Source of the DNA: Bacteroidales bacterium
Lineage (GTDB): Bacteria; Bacteroidota; Bacteroidia; Bacteroidales; F082
Assembly: GCA_045639025.1 (NCBI GenBank)
Contig: JAZUCH010000005.1
Span: 2,806 to 66,805, forward strand
Reading direction: 5' to 3'
DNA: 64,000 bases
Shown here in pieces: positions 53,045 through 63,270 of the stretch. Position 1 is the first letter of the stretch. Every line of letters starts with the position of its first letter. The position numbers were made by a program, and so were the translations under genes. The notes beneath the pieces are model-generated. The model had not been told where the DNA came from. It did no database searches and saw only the letters and a list, made by a program, of their open reading frames with translations.

Positions 53045-54871
53045 TTATTCTATAACAGGGCGTACACTTAGTCCATTATACCGATATCTAAATGTTGTTG
53101 AAAATCCTTTAATACCATAACTACAATATGCTTTGAACGCATCAATTGAGTCTGGTGTAGAACACCAATAGAACCCGTACATCGTCTCAACCAAATAGTT
53201 ATTACTATAATGACCTGCTATTGGTAAGAATATACAATTACCATTAACTTTAGACCTAAGCAATACTCCGCCGACACCATTTTGGCTAGACATCATATAA
53301 ATACAGTTACTGAAGAGTTCTTCAAATTCTGTTTTCGTTGGCATTCTCCATGCAGCTCCCCAATTTGCTGTCGCCGCATCATATTTGGGATTGCCAGAAA
53401 TATCGCTCATTTGCACTCCGTATGTACTGCAGTTAACATCATTATACCAATTATCAGGAGCAGGAGCCGTTTCCCCCCAAGCAAAATACTCACCATAATC
53501 TTCCGGCATATCAGCTCCAATATTACAAGTAGCCCATTTCAAACCACTTGGCAAGCCAAGGTCAACATATTCATGACCATTAACAGATGGCATTAATGTT
53601 GTAAAATAGAATTGTTCTCCATAACTTATACCTTTACTATTTGCCGCATACGATCTAACATAATATGTTGTATTTGCATTCAAGCCTGTAATATCAGCAA
53701 TAAAACTTCCTGTGCCAGAACCATTAATTGTTTTATTATCATCAACTGTTGGATTATGCGTTGTACTCCAGCAAACACCCCTTGCATCCACATAAGAACC
53801 TCCTTCTGATATAACATCCACACTACATTGAACCGATGTTTCTGTAATATTAAAAACAGAATCTGTTGTTACTGTTGGCAAGTCTATCAGCATACCATCA
53901 TTATCATCACCATCGTCGTCATCTTCGTCGTTGTCATTATCTCCGATTGTGGTTGTTTTAAAACTTCTCAATTCTCCAAAGATTACCTCATCATCAAGTA
54001 TCATATATGCCTTAAAAAAATATGTCATACCTTCTTGTAGACCGGATAGATTATAAGAAAACTCACCTATATTAGTTCCAGGAATACATTTCTTATTTGA
54101 GATATTGTAATCATTTCCATAATAGAAACCTTTTTCAGAAAAAGACACCTGTTTATTAATTACTCCACACAATATAGCAGAAGTTGTTGTTATATTTATC
54201 GCTTCTTTTGTTGAAACATCACCAGCTTTATTAGCTTTGACAACAAGCTGTTTACCCCCATTATTAGTTACTATAGTGATAGTTGTCACATTATCAGCAA
54301 CATATAATTTTGTTCTGTCAATATTAACAACAATAGTTTTTGTTGCACCAGGTTCCAATACACCTTGTGTACTTGAAATATTCATAATCCATGTTGCTGT
54401 TTCAAGTATCTCATATTCCAATGCCAAAGTACTATTGTTAAAAACACTAAACATACGAGTATTATCATCTTGCATACTACCAAAATCAAGTTCTTCTATT
54501 TCATTGCCATTAGAATCTAGAATTTTCAATTTGGCTGGTATTTTCTCTATCTGCACATCACGGCGCATAGCCTTATTACCATCTATCGTAATTACATAAT
54601 CATCAATCAAATCTGTATATTCCATTTTTGAAACAACGATAGAATAATTACCGTTTTTCAAATCGAGAAACTCATAACGGCCGTCATTACCAGTTAATGT
54701 TGTTTCACCAGAAGGACGAAGTTGCACATTCACATTCTTTACAGGCTCACCTGTAGCTTTGTCTGTTATGACACCGTAAATAGAACCATGTTCTTCTATA
54801 TGAGGTTTACATGAATTAAATATTGTTACATCTATCAATATAACTAACAATAAGGATAAAATGCGTTTCAT
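53045..54871 (-). CDS. Lipoprotein paralogous to 3403-5811: CarboxypepD_reg-like domain, repeat units, acidic linker and the same C-terminal domain
   Basis: Lipobox IFNSC and GVITDKATGEPVKNVNVQL. There is one degenerate and one canonical ARGVCWSTTHNPT...NTTYYVRSYAANSKGISYGEQFYFTT unit. The linker is GDNDNDEDDDDGDDNDG. The tail reads YVDLGLPSGLKWATCNIGADMPEDYGEYFAWGE...WRMPTKTEFEEL. Confidence 0.8.
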   Translation of the reverse strand: MKRILSLLLVILIDVTIFNSCKPHIEEHGSIYGVITDKATGEPVKNVNVQLRPSGETTLTGNDGRYEFLDLKNGNYSIVVSKMEYTDLIDDYVITIDGNKAMRRDVQIEKIPAKLKILDSNGNEIEELDFGSMQDDNTRMFSVFNNSTLALEYEILETATWIMNISSTQGVLEPGATKTIVVNIDRTKLYVADNVTTITIVTNNGGKQLVVKANKAGDVSTKEAINITTTSAILCGVINKQVSFSEKGFYYGNDYNISNKKCIPGTNIGEFSYNLSGLQEGMTYFFKAYMILDDEVIFGELRSFKTTTIGDNDNDEDDDDGDDNDGMLIDLPTVTTDSVFNITETSVQCSVDVISEGGSYVDARGVCWSTTHNPTVDDNKTINGSGTGSFIADITGLNANTTYYVRSYAANSKGISYGEQFYFTTLMPSVNGHEYVDLGLPSGLKWATCNIGADMPEDYGEYFAWGETAPAPDNWYNDVNCSTYGVQMSDISGNPKYDAATANWGAAWRMPTKTEFEELFSNCIYMMSSQNGVGGVLLRSKVNGNCIFLPIAGHYSNNYLVETMYGFYWCSTPDSIDAFKAYCSYGIKGFSTTFRYRYNGLSVRPVIE

Positions 54872-55003
54872 ATCTTATCATTTAATTATTTAAAATAATT
54901 TTCTCAAAGTTTAAAAACACTAACACTACATATTCTTAAATTGGTATACTTTTTAACATAACGCCAGCACATAATATCTATACTTGTTTATCATAAATAT
55001 GTT

Positions 55004-57742
55004 TCAACTTAATAATTTCTTGATTGCTCTCATTGCCTCTCCTATAACGAATACAGGCAATGTTCCAACTATAATATAAAGCCAATCTTTAGCGCTCATT
55101 GCTTCCACATGGAACATATCGCCTCCGAAGCTTACAATAAGTAATTGTCCAACAACTATTACAAACAATGCAAGGCCAAAACCCGCTATTACATCTTTTC
55201 TAAACAGACCTTTAAATGCAGAGCCTTCGCTATGAAATGCTTTAGCATTGAACAAGTTCCAGAATTGTAAGAATACGAATATTGTAAAGATGTAAGTTTG
55301 TTCAAGAACAGAAATGCCGCTAGATGTATATTTAAAATTGAAATAATTTTTTATATAATCTACCAAGGAGAAGTCTGCCAATGAAGTAAGTTCTATATGT
55401 TTGAAGTATTGAACCAAACCGAACATAAACAACACGAAGAATACACCTACACCGAAGATTTGCCATACCATAGGTTTTGTTATGATATTAGCATCTCTAT
55501 GACGAGGTTTCTCTTTCATAACCATTTCTGATGGTGGCAATGAAGCGAGAGCAAGAGCTGCAAATGTATCCATGATGAGGTTAACCCAAAGCATTTGAGT
55601 AACGGTGAGAACCATTTCTGTTCCAAGCAATGAGCCGAGCATAACTATGAGACATGCAGCCACGTTGATTGTCATTTGGAACACAATGAAGCGTTGGATA
55701 TTGATATACAAAGAACGTCCCCACATAACAGCGCGTGCAATGCTATTGAATGAGTTGTCGAGGATTGTGATGTCAGATGCCTCTTTTGCCACTGTTGTAC
55801 CATCGCCCATTGAGAGACCAACTTGAGCAGCTTTAAGAGCAGGTGCGTCGTTTGTACCATCACCAGTTACAGCAACCACTTCTCCATCACTTTGCAACAA
55901 TCTTACAAGGCGCTCTTTATCCATAGGACGTGCACGTGACATAATCTTTATGTTATGCATAACAGAAAGAGCCTCTTCATCAGAAAGAGCTTCCCAATCT
56001 TTACCAGTGATATGGTTTACTTCTTTAGAGTCAGTGCCGAGCCACAAACCAAGCTGGCGACCAATTTCTATAGCTGTACCTGGAGTGTCACCGGTAACGA
56101 TTTTAACATCAATACCTGCAGACATACAGTTTTTAACAGCTTCAGCCACATCGCCACGGATTGGGTCTGCGATAGCTACGACACCTAATAATATAAAGTT
56201 CTCAGCTACTAAATCATCGGTCTTTGGATCGAAGGATTGTTCATTAGGGTCACCCACTTTATATGCAAAAGCGAGAGTACGCATTGCCTTGCCTTGATAT
56301 TCAAGAAGTTGTTTTTCAACATCCAAACGATATGGAGTAATATCAACATTACCTTCTGGAGTTGCTATTTTGTTACAATGTTTCAAAAGAATTTCAGGCG
56401 CTCCTTTTACATAAAATATAGGTTTTCCCATTGAAGGAGATTCCACGATAGAAGCCATGAACTTATATTTTGTTGAGAAAGGAACTTGTTGATACATCTT
56501 AACGCCTTCTCTCACTTGCATATAATCGATGCCTTGCTTATTCAACCATAGCAATAAAGCACCTTCTGTAGGATTACCGATTGCCTTGATTTTCTTTTCA
56601 TCGCTGAAGTCGAGGAAGGCAGTTGTATTAAGAGCGAGGCTTTCTTTAATAAGATTGCTTATCTCATCATCTCCTAATTTCTTTTCAGGAAGAGCGAGGA
56701 AACTCATATCATTAACACTCATCTGATTTTGTGTCAATGTACCAGTCTTGTCTGTACAAATAACGGTAGCTGCGCCCATTGTCTCGCAAGCGTGCATCTT
56801 TCTTACTAGATTATTTGCTGTAAGCATACGTTTCATACTCAAAGCAAGACTGAGTGTCACGCTCATTGGAAGACCTTCTGGAACAGATACTACGATGATT
56901 GTAACAGCCATCATCAAAGTATTGAGCAAATACTGAGCGAAAGTGAGCCACTCAAAAGTGCCATAATCAAACATAACAAGACGCATCATAATGATAACAG
57001 CAGCTATTACATAACTTGCTATTGTAATAATCTTACCGAGATGATCTAATTGATTGTCAAGAGGCGTCTTGATATTATTATCAATTTGTGAACCTTTATA
57101 AACCTTACCCCATTCTGTAGCGTCACCGACTTTATCGACACGCATTACACCATGGCCATCAATAACCTTACTTCCGCGAAGTACGTAATTTGACGGATAT
57201 GTTGCATCTTGTTTAAAATCATTAGGGTCGATTGTTTTAGTTGCCATAGGTTCACCTGTAAGGTCCGACTCATTGACCTGAAGAGAAAATGCATCAATGA
57301 GTTCGCCATCAGCAGGAACCTCATCACCTGTTTCAATGATTACAATATCTCCAACAACGATTTCCTTACGACCTATAACTGTGATATTTCCATTACGTAC
57401 AACTTTAACTTCTTCATCATCGCTGACTTTATTAAGGACTTCAAATTTCTTGTTTGCACTTACCTCAAAAGCGAATCCGATACATGTCGCTAACATAATT
57501 GCCACGAATATTCCTATAGGTTCAAATAATACTTTCAAACCTTCATCATGTGCAAAAAACTCATACAATGACACGCCGATTGACAATGCCAATGCTATTA
57601 ATAAAATTCGGATTATCGGATCTGTGAATTTTTGCAAAAACTGATGCCACAGAGATTCCTTCTGTGGAGGTGTTAGCACATTACTGCCATGTTTCTTGCG
57701 ACTTTCTTCAACCTGTTCATTAGTTAAACCTTTGTGTATCAT
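55004..57742 (-). CDS. Cation-translocating P-type ATPase (PMCA/Ca2+-type, P2 family)
   Basis: 912 aa with the motifs TGE(P), the phosphorylation site ICTDKTGTLTQN, KGAPE, MRTLAFA, VTGDGTNDAPALK, and about ten TM helices. Confidence 0.9.
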   Translation of the reverse strand: MIHKGLTNEQVEESRKKHGSNVLTPPQKESLWHQFLQKFTDPIIRILLIALALSIGVSLYEFFAHDEGLKVLFEPIGIFVAIMLATCIGFAFEVSANKKFEVLNKVSDDEEVKVVRNGNITVIGRKEIVVGDIVIIETGDEVPADGELIDAFSLQVNESDLTGEPMATKTIDPNDFKQDATYPSNYVLRGSKVIDGHGVMRVDKVGDATEWGKVYKGSQIDNNIKTPLDNQLDHLGKIITIASYVIAAVIIMMRLVMFDYGTFEWLTFAQYLLNTLMMAVTIIVVSVPEGLPMSVTLSLALSMKRMLTANNLVRKMHACETMGAATVICTDKTGTLTQNQMSVNDMSFLALPEKKLGDDEISNLIKESLALNTTAFLDFSDEKKIKAIGNPTEGALLLWLNKQGIDYMQVREGVKMYQQVPFSTKYKFMASIVESPSMGKPIFYVKGAPEILLKHCNKIATPEGNVDITPYRLDVEKQLLEYQGKAMRTLAFAYKVGDPNEQSFDPKTDDLVAENFILLGVVAIADPIRGDVAEAVKNCMSAGIDVKIVTGDTPGTAIEIGRQLGLWLGTDSKEVNHITGKDWEALSDEEALSVMHNIKIMSRARPMDKERLVRLLQSDGEVVAVTGDGTNDAPALKAAQVGLSMGDGTTVAKEASDITILDNSFNSIARAVMWGRSLYINIQRFIVFQMTINVAACLIVMLGSLLGTEMVLTVTQMLWVNLIMDTFAALALASLPPSEMVMKEKPRHRDANIITKPMVWQIFGVGVFFVLFMFGLVQYFKHIELTSLADFSLVDYIKNYFNFKYTSSGISVLEQTYIFTIFVFLQFWNLFNAKAFHSEGSAFKGLFRKDVIAGFGLALFVIVVGQLLIVSFGGDMFHVEAMSAKDWLYIIVGTLPVFVIGEAMRAIKKLLS

Positions 57743-58147
57743 AAAAACATCAATTTACTTTTATTTATTTAACGTTATTTTTTTCATTTTCAAAAACAGT
57801 CATTTCGCCTAAATTATAATGACATCACTTTATTTATACAACTAACATAAAAATCATTTATTAGTTCTGCCACGATAACATATTTAACGAAATAGTCGTA
57901 TATGTAAGATACATTTAATTACTGCAAATATAGCAATTTTTCATTTTTCTAATATCACCCAATATGCATAAAGTTTATATTTTTCAATGAAAAATATACA
58001 ATCATACATAAAACTTATATTTTAATAAGTAATCGCGGTATAATTTTATTTTTATAGTCTCATTACATTTGGTTTATGTATTTTTTCAATAGATTATAAG
58101 TAAATGTAATTCATAAATTTTGGCATATTGGAACAATTTATTTTCAA

Positions 58148-58192
58148 AAAAAGGAGAAACAGAAGCTATGATTTCCTCTGCATCTCCTTTTA
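58148..58192 (-). terminator. Terminator of the four-gene lipoprotein operon
   Basis: Minus strand: stem aggagatgcagagg ... ttctgtttctcct followed by T7. Confidence 0.65.
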
Positions 58193-58238
58193 ATCATGAG
58201 AGAATAATGTTAATATGGAATAACATTATTTATGATGA

Positions 58239-58781
58239 TTATAACTTGCTCATTTCTTCTTCGAATACTTGTTTGAATTTTTCGTATTCAAAATCTGTTC
58301 TTAATTTTTCATCATTTGATATTGCTTTTACAACAGCGTCCAAAACAGTTTTACCTGTCAATTCCACGCAAGCGAAACAAATGATTCCACCTTGTACTGT
58401 TGTACTTGGCATTGTGCCTTCGCATATTACTGGTGTTCCTCTAAGAACTTGATTAACTACTGTGCGAGCAAGTCCTTGTGTACGTTGATTGAATTCAGCG
58501 TTATCGCCAGTGATGTATTCACTTGTATAATTATCGATAACGTTTTTCACTGTAGCTTCAACCATACTTGCCAACTCTGTACGTGCATTGTTTGCAGCCA
58601 TTGTACGAGCTTGTTGCATTTGTCTGTCTCCGGCTGCAACATGTTGACCTAAATAACGGAAGACTTCTGTTGAAGCTTTACATTCTGGGCAAGGGAAATT
58701 TGCAACATTTTTGTTTGAACCGCAAGAAGCCATCACTAATACCATCAGTGCTGCTCCTAATAATAATGTAATCTTTTTCAT
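58239..58781 (-). CDS. LPP20-like lipoprotein
   Basis: Lipobox MKKITLLLGAALMVLVMASCGS. The body (ARTMAANNARTELASMVEATVKNVIDNY...TVVNQVLRGTPVICE) resembles the LPP20 family, assigned by eye. Confidence 0.55.
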   Translation of the reverse strand: MKKITLLLGAALMVLVMASCGSNKNVANFPCPECKASTEVFRYLGQHVAAGDRQMQQARTMAANNARTELASMVEATVKNVIDNYTSEYITGDNAEFNQRTQGLARTVVNQVLRGTPVICEGTMPSTTVQGGIICFACVELTGKTVLDAVVKAISNDEKLRTDFEYEKFKQVFEEEMSKL

Positions 58782-58844
58782 TTTGATATTTTTTTTGTTA
58801 ATGCCTACTCTTTGCTTTTCGGCTTACGCATAATTATTTATTTT

Positions 58845-59792
58845 TTACAAATTTATAAGCACTTTATTAACTACTCTTTTTTTACCGAAATTAAATTTTA
58901 TTTCAACGTAATTGTCATCTTGTTCATAACAATCGAAAGTGTTGAAACCTATTTCTATAAGATTGCCATTATGTTTCTTGGTAAAATCTCTTGCGCAATC
59001 ACCTTTCAATTGAGGCAAAGACTTAGTCTTCAATACTTTCTCATCATATTTAAGCTGAACAACAAGTTTTCCTGCTTCATTCTGCAAAACGTCTATATAT
59101 ATATTTCCTATGACATTTTCATAGAGAGAAATATTATTTTTAAGCTTATTATATTTTGTCACATCATCTTCGCCATATTCTTGAATCATAGATTTCATTT
59201 CGTTGATATTTTCAAGCATGACATCAATACTTTCTATCTCATCTAGAATATTTCTAAAATTATCTATCTTATCGTTAATTGCTTTTTCCTGAGCATTATA
59301 AGCAGCTATAAGCTCTTCTAATTCATAACTAGAGAAAGGATAAAGCATATAATAGTCATAACAATATTCCTTTGTTTTTTTATGCTGATATTTTTCCCAA
59401 TACACATCTGCTTTTGATATACTAAAACCTTGAAGAGCAGGCATCTTTACTATTTTTAAAGTTGTATTGTTCTTGACTTGCTCCAGATATTGCTCTTGGG
59501 TTTTATCTTCAAGTTCAACGACTGTCCAATCGATATTCTTTTCTATTTCACCGACGACTTGGACCGCTATTGAAGAAGCCACTTGCGACAACAGAGAAGC
59601 CATGACATTATTTTGCGCCTCTTCCAAAGTAGCGACCTTGTTTGCCTGAATCATAAAGGCTCCCATCTTATTGCCATTTGTCAGCCATCCTGGTTTGCTT
59701 TTAGGATTCTGTTCAACAAGTTTGTAATCCTTTTGAGATAAAGCAAACAAAGGCATTATGGTCAATAATAATATAATTAAATTCTTCTTCAT
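58845..59792 (-). CDS. Exported protein of unknown function (LPP20-like N-terminal half plus coiled-coil C-terminal half)
   Basis: Signal peptide MKKNLIILLLTIMPLFALSQ. Motif ATLEEAQNNVMASLLSQVASSIAVQVVGEIE...VYWEKY. The gap to the upstream gene is 3 bp. Confidence 0.55.
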   Translation of the reverse strand: MKKNLIILLLTIMPLFALSQKDYKLVEQNPKSKPGWLTNGNKMGAFMIQANKVATLEEAQNNVMASLLSQVASSIAVQVVGEIEKNIDWTVVELEDKTQEQYLEQVKNNTTLKIVKMPALQGFSISKADVYWEKYQHKKTKEYCYDYYMLYPFSSYELEELIAAYNAQEKAINDKIDNFRNILDEIESIDVMLENINEMKSMIQEYGEDDVTKYNKLKNNISLYENVIGNIYIDVLQNEAGKLVVQLKYDEKVLKTKSLPQLKGDCARDFTKKHNGNLIEIGFNTFDCYEQDDNYVEIKFNFGKKRVVNKVLINL

Positions 59793-59795
59793 ATT

Positions 59796-60476
59796 TTATT
59801 CATTTATCCATGACACATCAGGAGTTACGTTCTTAATGTTAGCACTTGCTGCCTCTTGTTGTTCTTGAGATATCCTACTTAATATATTCAAGGTATTATC
59901 ATAGCAGCCGGTGTTTCCATCAATCTGAGGAATTGCATTCAATTCGCTAAGAGCTTCTTCATACATTCCGCAATCGATGTATGCGTTTATCGTCTTGACA
60001 ACAGTCTCACATTCTGTATTGTAATATTCGATTATTCTATTTTTTCCAATAGTAATCATCTTTTTAATTTTAGGGTCACGTGCCTTGATTGATTTTATAG
60101 CTTCGACGACTGCTTTTCTTTCATTATCCGCAACTCCTTTCTTAACGAATATTTCCTGCGACATCAGAAGTTTCTTGCTATTGTCAACGATAAACATTGT
60201 TATTTCCACCTCTGCAACATAATTTATCGGCACTGTCGTAGTTTGTTCAATCGACAATACCGTCACAGAAGGTATCAGAAGAAATTTGTTTGAGTTATCA
60301 GTAGAAGCTATTCCATTAAGAGTGACAGCCTGATTCAATCTGTTATATAAAACAGAAGAAGCCTCTTCGCTGATATTATCATTTGAAGGATATAGCACAC
60401 GAATTGATTGAGCTTCCGCCATATAAGAAACAGAAACAAGAAACAAAGCCAATAATAATGTTCTGATTTTTTTCAT
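59796..60476 (-). CDS. Exported protein of unknown function
   Basis: Signal peptide MKKIRTLLLALFLVSVSYMAEAQ. The gap to the upstream gene is 1 bp. Confidence 0.55.
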   Translation of the reverse strand: MKKIRTLLLALFLVSVSYMAEAQSIRVLYPSNDNISEEASSVLYNRLNQAVTLNGIASTDNSNKFLLIPSVTVLSIEQTTTVPINYVAEVEITMFIVDNSKKLLMSQEIFVKKGVADNERKAVVEAIKSIKARDPKIKKMITIGKNRIIEYYNTECETVVKTINAYIDCGMYEEALSELNAIPQIDGNTGCYDNTLNILSRISQEQQEAASANIKNVTPDVSWINE

Positions 60477-60477
60477 A

Positions 60478-61455
60478 TTATTTCTCTCCTATTATAATCC
60501 AGACTTCACCGAGTCCGCGTTCATATATTTTGCTTTCAATCAAGAAAGGTTCTTTTTTAAGATAACTTCTCAATCCATTGACGAATCCGCGAGCGTCTAA
60601 CGGTGACAATCTTCCGTTTCTTTCTCTATATAAAGGTATGCGAACTTGCTCGAAGGACAAATTTGTTGCAGTAGCAATATTACGTGTAGGAGCGTGATTT
60701 ACAGTATTATCTTCCATCCAGTATGAGATGATATCGGTAAGTTCAAGATAATCATCTTCAAAATCAAATTCAGATTCAAAATCGACATCTGCGTTATCCC
60801 ACACTTTAAGTTTAACAACTATTTCACGGCCGTTGTTAGCCATATCTTCAAAATGACTCATCAGCTGAGCGCAGAAAGAATCCATATAATTAAGGACTGC
60901 CTCTTCGAGCAGAAGATCAACAGGAGCCGATGTTGAAGGAGAGCCCACACCAGAATTAGCTGCTATGACTTTATTGGTATAAGCATCCAAGCCTCTCATA
61001 TTAAATGTTATATAACGTTGTGGACCTTTTTGCATAACTGTATAATCGAGGTCTATTATAATGTCAGCCTTTGCTGTCCTAAGCACTTTATCTATCATTG
61101 ACTCTGTTATATAAGCACCTGAAGAAGAACTTTCCAGGAGGCTCATCTCTACAGATTCCTGCTGAATAGACTTCAATGTCTGTTCGAGGTCTTTAAGAGG
61201 GAAGCCTCTCTCAGCCATTATCTTTGACAACTCCGAGATAACAAGTCGCAAATCTTCAATATTATCTTGTTTAAAAATATTAGCGATATCAGAGACTGTG
61301 TTTTTGGTTCCGTTTTCGTCAATCCACTCCGTTGTGTATCCATGTCTTGCGCAATAAACATCAGAAGGCATAACCATAATTGTAGGTTTCTTAGCCTGAG
61401 CCATGACAACTACAGACAAAACCATAAATACTATTGACAAAAATATTTTTTTCAT
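60478..61455 (-). CDS. Exported protein of unknown function (N-terminus resembles the PTIMV.PSD..C motif of Bacteroidales DUF6175-like proteins; unverified)
   Basis: Signal peptide MKKIFLSIVFMVLSVVVMAQA followed by KKPTIMVMPSDVYCARHGY. It is the first gene of the operon. A candidate -7 box, TACATTTG, lies at 61524-61531. Confidence 0.55.
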   Translation of the reverse strand: MKKIFLSIVFMVLSVVVMAQAKKPTIMVMPSDVYCARHGYTTEWIDENGTKNTVSDIANIFKQDNIEDLRLVISELSKIMAERGFPLKDLEQTLKSIQQESVEMSLLESSSSGAYITESMIDKVLRTAKADIIIDLDYTVMQKGPQRYITFNMRGLDAYTNKVIAANSGVGSPSTSAPVDLLLEEAVLNYMDSFCAQLMSHFEDMANNGREIVVKLKVWDNADVDFESEFDFEDDYLELTDIISYWMEDNTVNHAPTRNIATATNLSFEQVRIPLYRERNGRLSPLDARGFVNGLRSYLKKEPFLIESKIYERGLGEVWIIIGEK

Positions 61456-61574
61456 AACTATTATTTAAATTTCAAATTAAAATAATTACACAAATAGCAA
61501 GTATAAAATTCACTAAACACTTGCAAATGTATAAACTATTTTTTTACAAAACAAATTTTAAATCAAAAAATAAC

Positions 61575-61603
61575 AAAAAAAAGACGCCTTAGAAAGACGT
61601 CTT
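61575..61603 (-). terminator. Terminator of the DUF4251-like gene
   Basis: Minus strand: stem aagacg ... cgtctt followed by T8. Confidence 0.6.
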
Positions 61604-61638
61604 GAAAAAAAGCATATTTATATTAGTGTATCAATTAG

Positions 61639-62298
61639 TTATGGAAGTGGATAAATAGTAGATGCATTATCAGGAGAGACTATGTCGCCAGTGAAAGTCA
61701 CCTGTCCTCCATCATTTGAATAAAATATTATTCTTCCCGTTCCATCAGCCTGAATATACATCTTAAAACTTACAGGTATCACGCCTGTCCATGTCCTGAA
61801 GGAGCCAGATATCACGAATGGCCCATCAGGTTCAGACATATCAGGCATATAGGAAACCAATGTAGCAGGAGTGTTTGGAGTGTCCCACGACTGCCAGTTC
61901 CATCCCGGGAAGCCTGGGCTGCTATATCCAGGACCGATGCCAGGAACTCCAGGGCCATACCATGCCAAAGGCGCTGTTGCAGATGCAGGAGGCATATAAG
62001 AAGGCGGATTATTGAATGCCATACTTATTGCCACCTTATCGCCTATTATAGCGAAATAATTCTGAAACGAAGAAACTGGCGATTCCTGTCCAAAAGGACC
62101 GATAAAGGTGTTGGCCTCCAATACAAAAGTGGTGTCTTTCACCAACTTAATCATTTCGGCACGCGACTGTGCCAATTCCGCTGCCTGACGCGCCCTTCGA
62201 GCCTCGCGGCGCTGCATTCTCTCTGTCTTGGCGCTCTGAGCACAAAGAGTGCCGCCCAAGACCATCAGTAATGTCAATGTGAGAAATTTTGATTTCAT
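61639..62298 (-). CDS. Secreted DUF4251-like protein with a Pro/Gly/aromatic-rich insertion
   Basis: The signal peptide is followed by a basic helix (RMQRREARRARQAAELAQSRAEMIKLV) and then FVLEAN, as in DUF4251 proteins. The central segment is NNPPSYMPPASATAPLAWYGPGVPGIGPGYSSPGFPGWNWQSWDTPNTP. Confidence 0.5.
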   Translation of the reverse strand: MKSKFLTLTLLMVLGGTLCAQSAKTERMQRREARRARQAAELAQSRAEMIKLVKDTTFVLEANTFIGPFGQESPVSSFQNYFAIIGDKVAISMAFNNPPSYMPPASATAPLAWYGPGVPGIGPGYSSPGFPGWNWQSWDTPNTPATLVSYMPDMSEPDGPFVISGSFRTWTGVIPVSFKMYIQADGTGRIIFYSNDGGQVTFTGDIVSPDNASTIYPLP

Positions 62299-62342
62299 AA
62301 TTTGTTGTTTTTCCCACTAAACAACAGATATTTGTTTTTGTT

Positions 62343-62512
62343 CAATGAAAAAGAAATTCAGAAACTCAGAAACTCAGAATTTTCAAGACGCCACATGTCA
62401 GCTGTCAGCTATAAGCTATAAGCTATCAGTAAAAATAGCACATGGCGTAAAAAAAAGAAAGTTGAAAACCACTTTCAATTTTCAACTTTCTAATTTTCAA
62501 TTTTCAATTTAT
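62343..62512. repeat. Cluster of 7-8 bp stutter arrays in the pepE / DUF4251-like intergenic region
   Basis: cagaaactcagaaactcagaatt; gtcagctgtcagctataagctataagctatcag; ttcaattttcaactttctaattttcaattttcaattt. Confidence 0.8.
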
Positions 62513-63270
62513 TTTACATATTCTGTAACGTCTGTGTTTGGCTCAAGTTCAATCGGCTCCGTACCATATTTGAAGACAACCATTTTCTTGCCGCCCTTCA
62601 ATGCGATTTTGTCGCCTTTAACCCAAAGTGCTGATGCTTCACGAAGTCCAACGACTTTCATATCTTGATTTACAGCAAGATACTCATTGATACGATCTTG
62701 ACGTGTTTCACCGCCGTGCTTAATCATCTTGTCTATTTCAGGATGTGGGTCGAGATAGTGAGGGTTTATCTGGAATGGAACCAAGTTCAACGTGTTGAAT
62801 GAAGCTGGTTGCACTATAGGCATATCGTTGGTTGTGCATAATGTCGGTGCTGCGATATTAGAACCTGCGCTCCATCCGATGTATGCTGTGCCTTTCTTAG
62901 CCGCTTCAGCGATAGCGTCCATAAGACCATATTTATGAAGTTCAGCGACAAGGTGGAATGTGTTGCCGCCACCGACAACGATACATGCAGCTTCTTTAAC
63001 GAGTTGAACCTTATCTTCCACTTCATGAACAGAAACGAAATTACGAAGTCCTAATTTTTCTTCGAAAACCTTCTTTACTCTCGCTGTATATGCATCGTAG
63101 CTTTGTGGATAAGGATTGCCGTTGATATATACGCCTGCAAAAGGAACGAAAACGATTTTGCTGTCAGAAGTGAGATTGTTTTTCTCGCAGAAAGACTCAA
63201 GCTGGCTCATTGCCCATGCCAAATATGTCTCTCCAAAATTTGTTGAGTTACTTATTAATAATAGATTCAT
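62509..63270 (-). CDS. pepE: Dipeptidase E (peptidase S51)
   Basis: 253 aa from MNLLLISNSTNFGETYL ... VFVPFAG ... IVVGGGNTFHLV ... GTAYIGWSAGSNIA ... INPHY. The ORF-track N-terminal extension (63271-63372) is rejected. Confidence 0.85.
   Translation of the reverse strand: MNLLLISNSTNFGETYLAWAMSQLESFCEKNNLTSDSKIVFVPFAGVYINGNPYPQSYDAYTARVKKVFEEKLGLRNFVSVHEVEDKVQLVKEAACIVVGGGNTFHLVAELHKYGLMDAIAEAAKKGTAYIGWSAGSNIAAPTLCTTNDMPIVQPASFNTLNLVPFQINPHYLDPHPEIDKMIKHGGETRQDRINEYLAVNQDMKVVGLREASALWVKGDKIALKGGKKMVVFKYGTEPIELEPNTDVTEYVK

Noticed and set aside
53470-53480. C6 homopolymer inside the 608-aa lipoprotein gene as a second phase-variation tract
   Set aside because: It is only six bases, lies in frame in the middle of a conserved domain (YFAWGE), and has no alternative-frame ORF structure around it.
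58812-59246. 144-aa plus-strand ORF, and the 110-aa ORF 58120-58452
   Set aside because: They are antisense to signal-peptide-bearing operon genes or span a terminator. Their composition (Ile/Phe/Asn/Lys) is typical of AT-rich non-coding frames.
62345-62668. 107-aa plus-strand ORF
   Set aside because: It is read from stutter repeats (FQLSNFQFSIYF...) and overlaps the 3' end of pepE on the opposite strand.
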